From: an uncultured Enterobacterales bacterium
GTDB taxonomy: Bacteria > Myxococcota_A > UBA796 > CAJQPC01
Length of the DNA stretch: 54,861 bases
NCBI GenBank assembly: GCA_964344945.1
Contig: CAYFPX010000004.1
Coordinates: 1-54,861, forward strand
Direction: 5' to 3'
Shown here one piece after another: positions 34,897-43,170 of this stretch. How positions within the stretch are numbered: position 1 is the stretch's first letter; each line of letters begins with the position of its first letter. The translations under genes were made by a program, and so were the position numbers. The notes below the pieces were generated by a model. The model searched no databases and was not told the origin of the DNA. It saw nothing but the letters and a program-made list of their open reading frames with translations.

Positions 34897-35085
34897 AGTG
34901 ACAGTGGCAGAGGTCGCTGTCGAGGGGTGGCCATGGACCTGAGGCTGCGAGTCCCGAACCGGTCTCGGGTGTGATCATCGAGTGATGTCGCGCCGAACGC
35001 CGGATCTCGGAACGCGAGCACGCACTCGGCGCCAGGCCTGTGACGTCGGCAGCGCGGGCCTCTCCGGAGGCCTGCGAGCCGACCC

Positions 35086-36549
35086 TTACGGGCTGGCTGC
35101 TTGAGAAGCGCCTCGGAGGGTGAGGTACAGCGCCCGGTAGCCCTGCGCCGGCCCCGCCCACCCCCAGTCCCGCCGCATCGCCGCCTGCCGCAGCCGGTGC
35201 CAGCCCGCCGGGTCCAGCCGGTACAGCCCCGCCGCCCGACCCAGGGCCCACGCCAGCCCCTCGACCGTCGGGTGCTCGAAGCGGAACCCGGTGCCCTCGC
35301 CGGCCATCAGGGCGGTGTCGCCGGGGTCGTGCACGGTGTCCGCCAGGCCGCCGGTCGCCCGCACCACCGGCACCGAGCCGTACCGCATCGCCTGGAGCTG
35401 CACCAGGCCGCAGGGCTCGAAGCGGCTGGGCACCAGGGTCAGGTCGCTGCCGGCGAGCAGGCGGCGGGCGAGCGCGCCGTCGAAGCCGATGAACGCCCGG
35501 AAGTGGTCGCGGAAGGCCCCCTCGAGCCAGCGGAAGCGGTCCTGCAGGGTGGGGTCGCCGCTGCCGAGCAGGATCAGGCGGGCACGGAGGTCTGCCAGGC
35601 GCGGCACGAGCTCCGCCACCAGGTCGAAGCCCTTCTGGTCCGCCAGCCGCCCGATGGCGCAGACCAGCGGCTCGCCGTCTGGGCAGGTCAGGTCGAACTC
35701 CCGCAGCAGGGCCGCCTTGCAGTGGTCCTTGGGACCCAGGTCCTCGGCGGTGTAGGTCGCTGGGATCGCCCCATCGGCACTCGGATCCCAGGCCCCCTGG
35801 TCCAGCCCGTTGCGGATGCCCACCAGCCGCCGCACCCGGTGGCGCAGCAGGCCGTCGAGCCCACAGCCGCCCTGTGGGGTCGTGATCTCCCGGGCATAGG
35901 TCGGCGAGACCGTGGTGACGGCATCCGCCAGCGCCAGCCCGCCCTTCAAGAAGCTCAGGTCCCCGTGGTGCTCGAAGGCGTCGGGGTGCAGCAGGTCTGC
36001 GGGCACCCCGAGGCTGTCCGCCTGCCAGAGCCCGGTGCGCCCCTGGTAGGCGAGGTTGTGCACGGTCAGCACGGTCCGTGTGCCTGGCCAGCCGAGCTCC
36101 CGCTGCACGACCAGCGGCGCCAGCGCAGCCTGCCAGTCGTGGGCGTGCACGATGTCCGGCGCCCGCCAGAGCAGCTTGGGCGCGGCCTGGAGCGCAGCCC
36201 GCACGAACCAGGCGTAGCGCCAGGGGTTGTCCCCGTAGGGCTGGCCCTGCCCGTCGTCGTAGAGCCCCGGCCGATCGAAGACCCCGGGGTAGTCGAGGAA
36301 GACCCACCGCACCCCCTGCCAGGTGGTCTCCAGCACCCGGTTGTCGTCCCAGCCGACCCGCACCCCGGTGTCGACCAGGTCCACCCCGAGCCGGCCGGCA
36401 GCCTGCCAGACCGACGGGTAGAGAGGGCACAAGACGAAGACCCGGTCGCCCTGGGCGGCCAGGGCCCGGGGCAGCGCGCTCGCCACGTCGGCCAGGCCCC
36501 CGGTCTTGGCGAACGGCGTGACCTCGCTGGCGAGGTGGACGACGTCCAT
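35086..36549 (-). CDS. glgA: Glycogen synthase
   Basis: MDVVHLASEVTPFAKTGGLADV..., HAHDWQAAL, SRFEPCGLVQLQAMRYG. The start overlaps the glgC stop (TGATG). Confidence 0.9.
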   Translation of the reverse strand: MDVVHLASEVTPFAKTGGLADVASALPRALAAQGDRVFVLCPLYPSVWQAAGRLGVDLVDTGVRVGWDDNRVLETTWQGVRWVFLDYPGVFDRPGLYDDGQGQPYGDNPWRYAWFVRAALQAAPKLLWRAPDIVHAHDWQAALAPLVVQRELGWPGTRTVLTVHNLAYQGRTGLWQADSLGVPADLLHPDAFEHHGDLSFLKGGLALADAVTTVSPTYAREITTPQGGCGLDGLLRHRVRRLVGIRNGLDQGAWDPSADGAIPATYTAEDLGPKDHCKAALLREFDLTCPDGEPLVCAIGRLADQKGFDLVAELVPRLADLRARLILLGSGDPTLQDRFRWLEGAFRDHFRAFIGFDGALARRLLAGSDLTLVPSRFEPCGLVQLQAMRYGSVPVVRATGGLADTVHDPGDTALMAGEGTGFRFEHPTVEGLAWALGRAAGLYRLDPAGWHRLRQAAMRRDWGWAGPAQGYRALYLTLRGASQAASP

Positions 36550-37949
36550 CAGCGGTCGCGGCCTTGCAGCACCAGGTCCTCGCCGCCGTAGCGCCGGAAG
36601 CGCGGCCCGGAGGACTCGTAGCTGTGGCGCACCTTGTCGGCGATGGTCCAGCGGCCCTCCAGCCGCGCCAGGGGGTCCCGGGTCGCCGGGTCCTGCTGGA
36701 GCTGGGTGGCCATGTCCCGGGCGAAGGCGATGGGCCCCTCGGCGGGCACGTGGGTGCCCTTGGGCAGACTCACCACCCCGCCCTCGCTGAGGAAGGGGAA
36801 GCGCTGGGCATCGGCGGCCGGGTCCAGGCCGATGGTCGCCCCGGGCGCCACGCTGCAGTTCTTGTCCAGGAGCACCTTGTGCAGCTGTGCGCCAGCGCCC
36901 ACGTTGCAGCCGGAGAACAGCACCGAGTCCACCACCTCGGCGCCGGCGTGCACGTAGCAGTCGTAGCCGAGCACCGTGCGCACCATGCGGGCGGCGCTGA
37001 CGATGCTGCCCTCGCAGACCAGGCACTCCTCGAGCTGGGGCGACCGCCCGTCGGGCCCTGCGATGAACCGGGCCGGTGGGTAGTCCCGCTGGGCGGTGCG
37101 CACGCGCCACCGGCGGTTGTAGAGGTTCACGAAGGGCTCGTTGGAGCGGACCTCCATGTTCGCGGCGACCAGGGAGTCGATGGTGCCGACGTCGCGCCAG
37201 TAGGGCAGCTGGCCCTCGGGCTCGCCGGGCAGGCGGTTGCTGCCGTAGTCGTAGACGTAGAGCGGGTGGTCGTCGGCCAGGAGCCTGGGGATGATGTCCT
37301 TGCCGAAGTCCCGCGAGCTGCCGCTCTGCTCGGCGTCCCGCTCCAGGGCGTCGACCAGCACGTCGGTCTGGAAGATGTAGTTGCCCATGCTGACCAGGCA
37401 GGTGTCCGGCCGACCCGGGATCGGGGTCGGGTCCGAGGGCTTCTCCTGGAAGCCGACGATGCGGCCCCCATCGTCCACCTCGATGACCCCGAAGGCGTGG
37501 GCCTCGGACCTCGGCACCGGGCAGGCGGCGATGGTCAGGTGCGCTCCCATGCGCTGGTGGTGGCGCTCCATCTGGTCGATGGCGCCGCCGAAGACCGCGA
37601 CCCGCTCCGACCGACTGTCGAGCACCAGGTTCAGGTTCTGGTACACGCTGTCGGCGGTGCCCAGGTACCAGTCGCCGCCGGTGCGCATCTGGGCGGGCAC
37701 GACCTCGATGAAGTTGTCGACGCCGCCCAGGTGCCAGTTGCGGTTGAGGTGCTTGATCAGGCTGCTGGCCATGTACTGGGTCAGCACGTAGATCCGGCGG
37801 TAGCCGCTGTTGAGGAAGTTCGACAGGACGAAGTCGATGATCCGGTAGCGACCGGCGAAGGGCACGGCGGGCTTGGCGCGGTGGCAGGTCAGGGGCGCCA
37901 GGCGACTGCCCTTGCCGCCGGCCATGATCATCACGACGGTCTGGCTCAT
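36549..37949 (-). CDS. glgC: Glucose-1-phosphate adenylyltransferase
   Basis: MAGGKGSRLAPLTCHRAKPAVPFAGRYRIIDFVLSN..., followed by a left-handed beta-helix C-terminus. Confidence 0.9.
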   Translation of the reverse strand: MSQTVVMIMAGGKGSRLAPLTCHRAKPAVPFAGRYRIIDFVLSNFLNSGYRRIYVLTQYMASSLIKHLNRNWHLGGVDNFIEVVPAQMRTGGDWYLGTADSVYQNLNLVLDSRSERVAVFGGAIDQMERHHQRMGAHLTIAACPVPRSEAHAFGVIEVDDGGRIVGFQEKPSDPTPIPGRPDTCLVSMGNYIFQTDVLVDALERDAEQSGSSRDFGKDIIPRLLADDHPLYVYDYGSNRLPGEPEGQLPYWRDVGTIDSLVAANMEVRSNEPFVNLYNRRWRVRTAQRDYPPARFIAGPDGRSPQLEECLVCEGSIVSAARMVRTVLGYDCYVHAGAEVVDSVLFSGCNVGAGAQLHKVLLDKNCSVAPGATIGLDPAADAQRFPFLSEGGVVSLPKGTHVPAEGPIAFARDMATQLQQDPATRDPLARLEGRWTIADKVRHSYESSGPRFRRYGGEDLVLQGRDR

Positions 37950-38017
37950 GGGGGGCCTCGGAGTGGACCTCCGATCTCACATGGTCGGGACTCGTCGGGG
38001 TGGCCGTTCGGCAACGA

Positions 38018-39421
38018 TCAGCGCTCGTCCTCGGGCGTGCCGGCGCATCGGTCCGGCTCCGGCAGCGCGCAGCTCGGCGTCCACGGCTCCCCGGCCAGCC
38101 GCGCCTCCATCCACGCGAGCTGCTCCGGCAGGGACCACAGGGTCGCCTCCGGGTGCGGTGCCCCCTGGCAGTGCAGGGTCTCCGCCTCCCAGCCGTCGGC
38201 ACAGAGCCGGTCGAGCCCCGGCCCCTGGAGCTCCGGCTGCACCAGGGTGTCCTCCTCCCCGTAGATCAGCAGGGTCGGCACCTGGTCGAGCCGGGGGATC
38301 GACGTGCTCTCCAGGCTGTTCTCGGTGATGAAGCAGCCCCACGGGTCCACCGCCTCCCAGTCCCCGACCGCCGCCGCGGCGATGAAGTCCGGGTGGTAGA
38401 TGTCGGCGACTTCGTCCACGTCGAGCTCGACGTCCTCGGGCTCGCAGGAGTCCGGCTCCTCGGTGAGCAGCTCGGCCAGGGCGTCGGCGAAGTAGTAGGG
38501 CTCCTCGTTGGTGAGCAGGGTCTCCAGGCCGTCGGGCACGCCGTACCAGGTCCACATCGCCCCCAGGCTCAGGGCGCTCAGGCCGCTGGCGTCGGACCAG
38601 GTGGTCACCCCGTCCTGGACCACCGCCCGCAGGTCCGCCGCCGCGGTGCTGGCCACCACGCCGACCACCTGGGCTTCGGGCGCGTAGTGGGGTGCGGCGA
38701 GGTCCATGAACAGCGCCGCGTGCCCGCCCTGGCTAGCCCCCCAGATGAGCAGGTCCTCGCGCAGGGGGTGGTCCAGCTCGTAGGCCAGGTCGCCGCCGAG
38801 CAGGGCCGTGCCCGCTCGCCAGGCGTCCCACGAGGCGATGGCCACCGGCTCCCCGATCAGCGGTGCGTGGGGCTCCGGCGACGGCTCCCCCAGGCCGGTC
38901 ATGCCCAGGTAGTCCGGCGCGATGACCGCGTAGCCCTGGCTCGCGAGCACCGCCGCGAGCCCCGGGCCGATGAGCGGCGTGGCGCTGGGGGCGCAGGCGT
39001 CGAAGGTGCCGGCGAAGCCGTGGAGCAGGACCGCCACGGGCCAGGCGTCGCCGTCGGGGGCGCCGCCCTGGGGCACGGCGATCAGCCCCGTGGCCTCGGT
39101 GGCCGCCCCGCGGTCCTGGGTGGTGTAGCGGAAGCGGTAGACCACCGCGCCGTGGGGCACCGGGGAGAGCGCCTCCAGCTCGAGCAGGGTCAGCAGGGAG
39201 TCCACCGCCGTCGAGGTGAGGTCGAAGCCGCTCACCACCTCGTGGTCCACGGGCTCGCCCAGGCCCGCGAGGGGCACGAGCGCGTAGTCGGCCATGCCGC
39301 AGTGGGAGACCGGCAGGGTCGGCGTGAAGGGGTCGGGCGTGGGCTCCGAGGTGGTGCAGGCGAGCAGGAAGGGCCAGAGGGTCACGCCCCCTTTTGCACC
39401 AGGGGGCTGTCCGGTGTCCAC
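38018..39421 (-). CDS. Alpha/beta hydrolase (secretory-lipase-like) lipoprotein
   Basis: WPFLLAC lipobox; VAVLLHGF; nucleophile elbow IWGASQGG. Start uncertain (GTG 39421 or GTG 39385). Confidence 0.7.
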   Translation of the reverse strand: MDTGQPPGAKGGVTLWPFLLACTTSEPTPDPFTPTLPVSHCGMADYALVPLAGLGEPVDHEVVSGFDLTSTAVDSLLTLLELEALSPVPHGAVVYRFRYTTQDRGAATEATGLIAVPQGGAPDGDAWPVAVLLHGFAGTFDACAPSATPLIGPGLAAVLASQGYAVIAPDYLGMTGLGEPSPEPHAPLIGEPVAIASWDAWRAGTALLGGDLAYELDHPLREDLLIWGASQGGHAALFMDLAAPHYAPEAQVVGVVASTAAADLRAVVQDGVTTWSDASGLSALSLGAMWTWYGVPDGLETLLTNEEPYYFADALAELLTEEPDSCEPEDVELDVDEVADIYHPDFIAAAAVGDWEAVDPWGCFITENSLESTSIPRLDQVPTLLIYGEEDTLVQPELQGPGLDRLCADGWEAETLHCQGAPHPEATLWSLPEQLAWMEARLAGEPWTPSCALPEPDRCAGTPEDER

Positions 39422-39448
39422 CTTCGTCCCGAGGGTCGCCGATGGCCC

Positions 39449-41212
39449 CTACTCCGCCAGCAGATCCTCGATCACCGTCCTGATCTCCGCCAGGTCGCTC
39501 TCCACGCTCAGGAAGCGCACGATCCCCTCTTCGTCCACGACCACGTGCACCGGGTACGGCCCGGTCCGGGTGCCCGCCTCGCTCAGGTCGTAGGCGTCCA
39601 GGACCGACCGGTCCGGGTCCAGCAGCACCGGGATCTCCAGCCCGTACTCCTGGGCGAACCAGGTCACCTCGCCCTTGGAGTCGGGGCTCGCGAGGAAGAA
39701 CTGCACCGGCTCGCCGGCGAGGGGCTCGACCAGGGCCTGGGGGATGTCCGGAGCCTCCAGACTGCAGATCTGTCAGCCGGGAGAGAACCAGTTGATGTAG
39801 CTGATCACCCCGTGCAGGTCGTCGTGGGTCACGACGCTGTTCACCGCGCTCGGCGGGGTGAAGGACTCCAGGGTGAACTCCGGGTGGGGCTGGCCGATGC
39901 TGGACTCGGCGAGGCTCAGCTGGAGCTCGCCGGTGGGCTCGTCGGGGTCGTTGCTGGTCCAGGGCACGGTGGCGTCGGTGGGCAGGCTCTCGGGCTTGAC
40001 CCGGAGGTCTTCGCGCTCGCCGGGAGGCAGGACCAGCTCCGGGGGCTCGACCGTCCAGCCCTCGGTCTGCTCGAAGGTCATCACCAGGTCCTCGGCCCCG
40101 CCGTTGAGCACGATGACCGTCTTGGCGCTGGTGTCGTCGGCCGCCCACCACCACTCGCTGCGCAGGTCCACCTCGGCCCCGGCCACGAAGTCCGTGCGCT
40201 CCAGCAGCGTGATCTGCTTCCACTCGGCCACCAGGACCTTGCCGCCGTCCAGGCTGCCCAGGGCCATCGCCGACTCGGCGCTGGGCTCGTGGCCGACCAT
40301 CACCGGCTCGTCGTCACCGAGCCAGGCGAGCATGGTCTCCGACCAGGCCGCCGCCCACAGGTAGTCGCCGTCCAGAGACACGCCGTAGACCCCGCCGGGG
40401 CTCGGCAGCTCACCCCGCAGGACCAGGGTGTCGTCGACCACCTGGAGCACCGCGACCCCTTCGGAGCCCTGGGCCACAGCGACGTGGGTGCCGTCGAAGT
40501 CCAGGTCCCAGCCGGTCACCCCCAGGGCGAGGCGGTCCAGCTCGACCGGAGCGGTGGGCTCGGACCAGTCGATCAGCACCACTTCGTGGGCGTCGGTGAT
40601 GACCGCGCGGCCCCCGACCAGGCCCGCCCCGACGGCCCAGCTCGCCGGGAAGATCGCCTGCACGTCCAGGTCGGCGTCGAGCAGGTAGGCGCCGTCGTCG
40701 TGGGCCGACACCAGGACCAGGCCATCTTCACAGTCCAGGTCCTCGGACCCGCTGGACCAGGGCTGGGTCTTGCGGGCGACGTAGGGGTCGTCGGGGTCGG
40801 AGACGTCCATCTTCCAGAGCTCGTGGATCTTGGTGGTGACCCAGGCGGTGTCGATGGTCGGGTCCCACTCGACGTGGAAGCCGTTGTGCTCGGGGGCCTC
40901 GCTGACGATCTCGCCGGTGGTGGTGTCCACGACCACGTTGCCGTTGTTGGCCACCACCAGGGCGCGATCGGCGCTGATCTGGGCGGCGTCGAGGGTCTCC
41001 CAGTGGCCCTTGGTGTGGGTGGTGTTCAGGGTGGCGATGGGGTCGCCGCGGGTGAAGCCGTCGGGGAGCTGGCTCTCCGTGTCCGGGGGTGTGCCGGTGT
41101 CGCCGGTGTCCGCGCTCGTCGCCGAGTCCGTGGTCCCAGGCCGGGTGCCGCTCGGTGGCGGGCTCGGCAGGTCCGAGGCGGTGCAGGCCAGCAGCAGGAG
41201 GACAGGGCTCAC
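39449..41212 (-). CDS. LVIVD-repeat beta-propeller lipoprotein fused to a TlpA/redoxin domain with in-frame TGA at the CxxC position (candidate selenoprotein, or nonsense-disrupted gene)
   Basis: Track ORFs 39773..41212 and 39449..39706 share one frame, separated by TGA and 22 sense codons. Read-through gives GQPHPEFTLESF...LHGVISYINWFSPG-U-QIC-SLEAPDI...FFLAS...EIPVLLDPD. The N-terminus VSPVLLLLAC is followed by LVIVD-like repeats. Confidence 0.6.
39746..39762 (-). promoter_or_regulatory. SECIS-like hairpin 10 nt downstream of the in-frame UGA
   Basis: The mRNA reads GUCUGGA-GGC-UCCGGAC: 7 bp including one G.U that would be a C.A mismatch on the other strand. The GG-containing apical loop starts ~17 nt after UGA. 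Confidence 0.35.
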
Positions 41213-41243
41213 CGAGCGGGGATGCCCGGCCGGGGCCGAGGCT

Positions 41244-41576
41244 TCACCGGGGGGGCCGCGGGGCCTGCACCGTGGAGTCCAGGAGGGCGCCGTCCGGGCC
41301 GTAGCGGTGGATCTCCCGCCGACCGCCGACCGCGGTGGACTCGATCCTGACCACCGGGATGCGCACGCCCTCGCGCGTCACCCAGGCGATGCCCTCGGGC
41401 ACCTCCGAGGCCGGGCGCGCCTCGGAGGTTCCGGCGTCGAGGTCGACGAAGGTGATGGTGCCGGGGTGCTCCCCGGGCGCCGAGGCCGCGGGAGGCGGAT
41501 CGGGGGGTGGCGACGCCGGCGGATCGGCCGACCGGGCGGGACAGGCCAGCAGGACCAGCAGCAGCGCGGGGCTCAC
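41244..41576 (-). CDS. Small lipoprotein, paralogue of 41573..41815
   Basis: GTG start overlaps the upstream stop (GTGA). VSPALLLVLLAC lipobox. Shares the HPGTITFVD...VPExIAW...YGxDGALLxSTVQ core with its neighbour. Confidence 0.55.
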   Translation of the reverse strand: MSPALLLVLLACPARSADPPASPPPDPPPAASAPGEHPGTITFVDLDAGTSEARPASEVPEGIAWVTREGVRIPVVRIESTAVGGRREIHRYGPDGALLDSTVQAPRPPR

Positions 41577-41815
41577 CGCCGGGGCCGGTGCTGGACCGTC
41601 GACGAGAGCAGGGCGCCGTCGGCCCCGTAGCTGCGGATGAGCCGCTGCTCCCCGCGCATCGAGGCGACGACGCGGGTGACGGGGGTGGCGGTGCCGTCGG
41701 GACCCGTGCTCCAGGCGATGGTCTCGGGCACGTCGCTGACGCTGCGCTCCCGGGAGCCTCCGTCGGGATCGACGAAGGTGATCGTGCCGGGGTGTGCGGT
41801 GCGGGTGTCGGACAT
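41573..41815 (-). CDS. Small protein without signal peptide, paralogue of 41244..41576
   Basis: ATG 41815 lies 6 nt after the upstream stop. 80 aa with the same conserved core as the downstream lipoprotein. Confidence 0.5.
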   Translation of the reverse strand: MSDTRTAHPGTITFVDPDGGSRERSVSDVPETIAWSTGPDGTATPVTRVVASMRGEQRLIRSYGADGALLSSTVQHRPRR

Positions 41816-41821
41816 CGGGAC

Positions 41822-42088
41822 CTACTTGAAGTGGGGGTCGAGGATCTTGAACCGCTCGGGCACGATCGCGCGGTACTCCTCGTGGGACGGGGCGCCCTTG
41901 GTGGTGTTGTAGACCTGGACCGTCTCGGCGACGTCTTCGGCGATCGCTGCGTCGGCGTAGCCGGAGACCGAGGCCTGGTCCTTGTCCATCGCGGCCTTCC
42001 AGCTGACCCAGCCGCCCTTGGTCTCGTCTTCGCCCCAGGTCTGGTAGGACCAGGTGTGGCCGGACTCGTGGACCATCGTGCCGGTCAT
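41822..42088 (-). CDS. HExxH zincin C-terminal fragment (probably the frameshifted C-terminus of 42085..43050)
   Basis: MTGTMVHESGHTW...AIAEDVAE... The HExxH lies only 7 residues from this ATG, too close for a standalone zincin fold. The same frame stays open upstream (TTSSGSTPSQDY). Confidence 0.5.
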   Translation of the reverse strand: MTGTMVHESGHTWSYQTWGEDETKGGWVSWKAAMDKDQASVSGYADAAIAEDVAETVQVYNTTKGAPSHEEYRAIVPERFKILDPHFK

Positions 42089-43050
42089 GTAGTCCTGGCT
42101 CGGGGTCGACCCGGAACTGGTGGTCCTTCGGGGGTCAGGCTGGCGACGGGCTCGTCGACGAGCTCCGGCTTGGCCTTGTCGCTGCTGAACAGGCCCTCCA
42201 GCGCCTTGGCCTGGTCCTCGGCGGAGGTACCGGACCAGCCGCCGTCGGAGGTGAGCCGCTCGAGCTCGGTGCGGGCAGCGGCGGACAGATCGTTGGTCTC
42301 GCCGCCGATCAGGGCTTCGAGCTGGCCCTGGGTGCCGGCCTCGACCTCGTCCCAGCCGTCGGTGGTCTTGAGGGTGGTCAGGCCGAGCTCGGCGTCGACG
42401 GGCCGCAGGCCGGTCAGGACCTCGGTGTTGGTCGGGAGGTCCCCCCAGGTGTCGTCCCAGATCAGGCTCACGACGGGCTGTCGGCCAGACGAGGTCTCCT
42501 CGGCCGCGAGCACCACGCTCGAGGCGGCGAAGGTCTGGCCCCAGCTCTCCACCAGGGTCTTCACCTCGCCGCGGCGGGTCCCGGCGCTGGCCTCGGTGGC
42601 GCCCGCGCCCCGGGCGAGCACGACGTAGGGCACGCACAGCTCGCCGGTGTCCCCGGCGGTGGGCAGGTCCGAGGCCGACGGGCCCGCTTCCTCGGCGGCC
42701 TCCTCGACCACGGGGCCGGTGGAGGTGTCCGGGGACACGGGGGTGGTGGGGATCACGAAGACCTGGCCGGGGTGGATCAGGTTGGGGTCGCCGCCGATCT
42801 CCTCTTTGTTCAAGGCGTAGATCTCGCGCCACCGCGGCCCGCTGCCCAGGTAGTCCTCGGCCAGCTGCCAGAAGGTGTCGCCGCGCTCGACCGTGTGCTT
42901 GAAGCCCTCCTCGGCGCCCGGCCTGGGCGAGCCGAGACCGCGCTGCTCCTGCATGGCGGCGTTGCCGGGGCCGCCCTGGTTGGCCGTCGCGCCCTCGGCC
43001 ATGGGCTTGCCGTGAGCGTGGTCGTGGACCTGCTCGTGACCCTGGCCCAA
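42085..43050 (-). CDS. LysM domain protein (N-terminal part of a probable LysM-zincin)
   Basis: TTG 43050 preceded by GAGGAG (alternative ATG 43002). LysM: HTVERGDTFWQLAEDYLGSGPRWREIYALNKEEIGGDPNLIHPGQVFVIP. Confidence 0.7.
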   Translation of the reverse strand: MGQGHEQVHDHAHGKPMAEGATANQGGPGNAAMQEQRGLGSPRPGAEEGFKHTVERGDTFWQLAEDYLGSGPRWREIYALNKEEIGGDPNLIHPGQVFVIPTTPVSPDTSTGPVVEEAAEEAGPSASDLPTAGDTGELCVPYVVLARGAGATEASAGTRRGEVKTLVESWGQTFAASSVVLAAEETSSGRQPVVSLIWDDTWGDLPTNTEVLTGLRPVDAELGLTTLKTTDGWDEVEAGTQGQLEALIGGETNDLSAAARTELERLTSDGGWSGTSAEDQAKALEGLFSSDKAKPELVDEPVASLTPEGPPVPGRPRARTT

Positions 43051-43170
43051 GGCGACTCCTCGGAGGGGACGGTGCCCGCGTCACCTCCGCACCAAGCCTA
43101 TCGCCGATCCGGTGCCCTCGGGGACATCGCCGGGCGGTAGCCTCACCAGGTCCCTCCACCCGGTGCACCC

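Noticed and set aside
35053-35076. GC-rich hairpin 10 nt downstream of the glgA stop as an intrinsic terminator
   Set aside because: A stem is present (GGCCTC-tccg-GAGGCC, extendable). However, there is no U-tract, and on the glgA sense strand the extension contains a C.A mismatch. This is not enough to call a terminator.
39449-39706. Stand-alone 85-aa gene (MQFFLASPDS...)
   Set aside because: Its 'M' is a GTG. It encodes only the C-terminal half of a thioredoxin fold and is in frame with the upstream ORF across a single TGA. It was merged into the candidate selenoprotein/pseudogene call.
38000-41350. 1116-aa plus-strand ORF spanning the lipase, redoxin and propeller genes
   Set aside because: Antisense shadow ORF (Gly/Arg/Val/Asp/His-rich, no motifs). 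The minus-strand genes have lipoboxes and recognisable domains.
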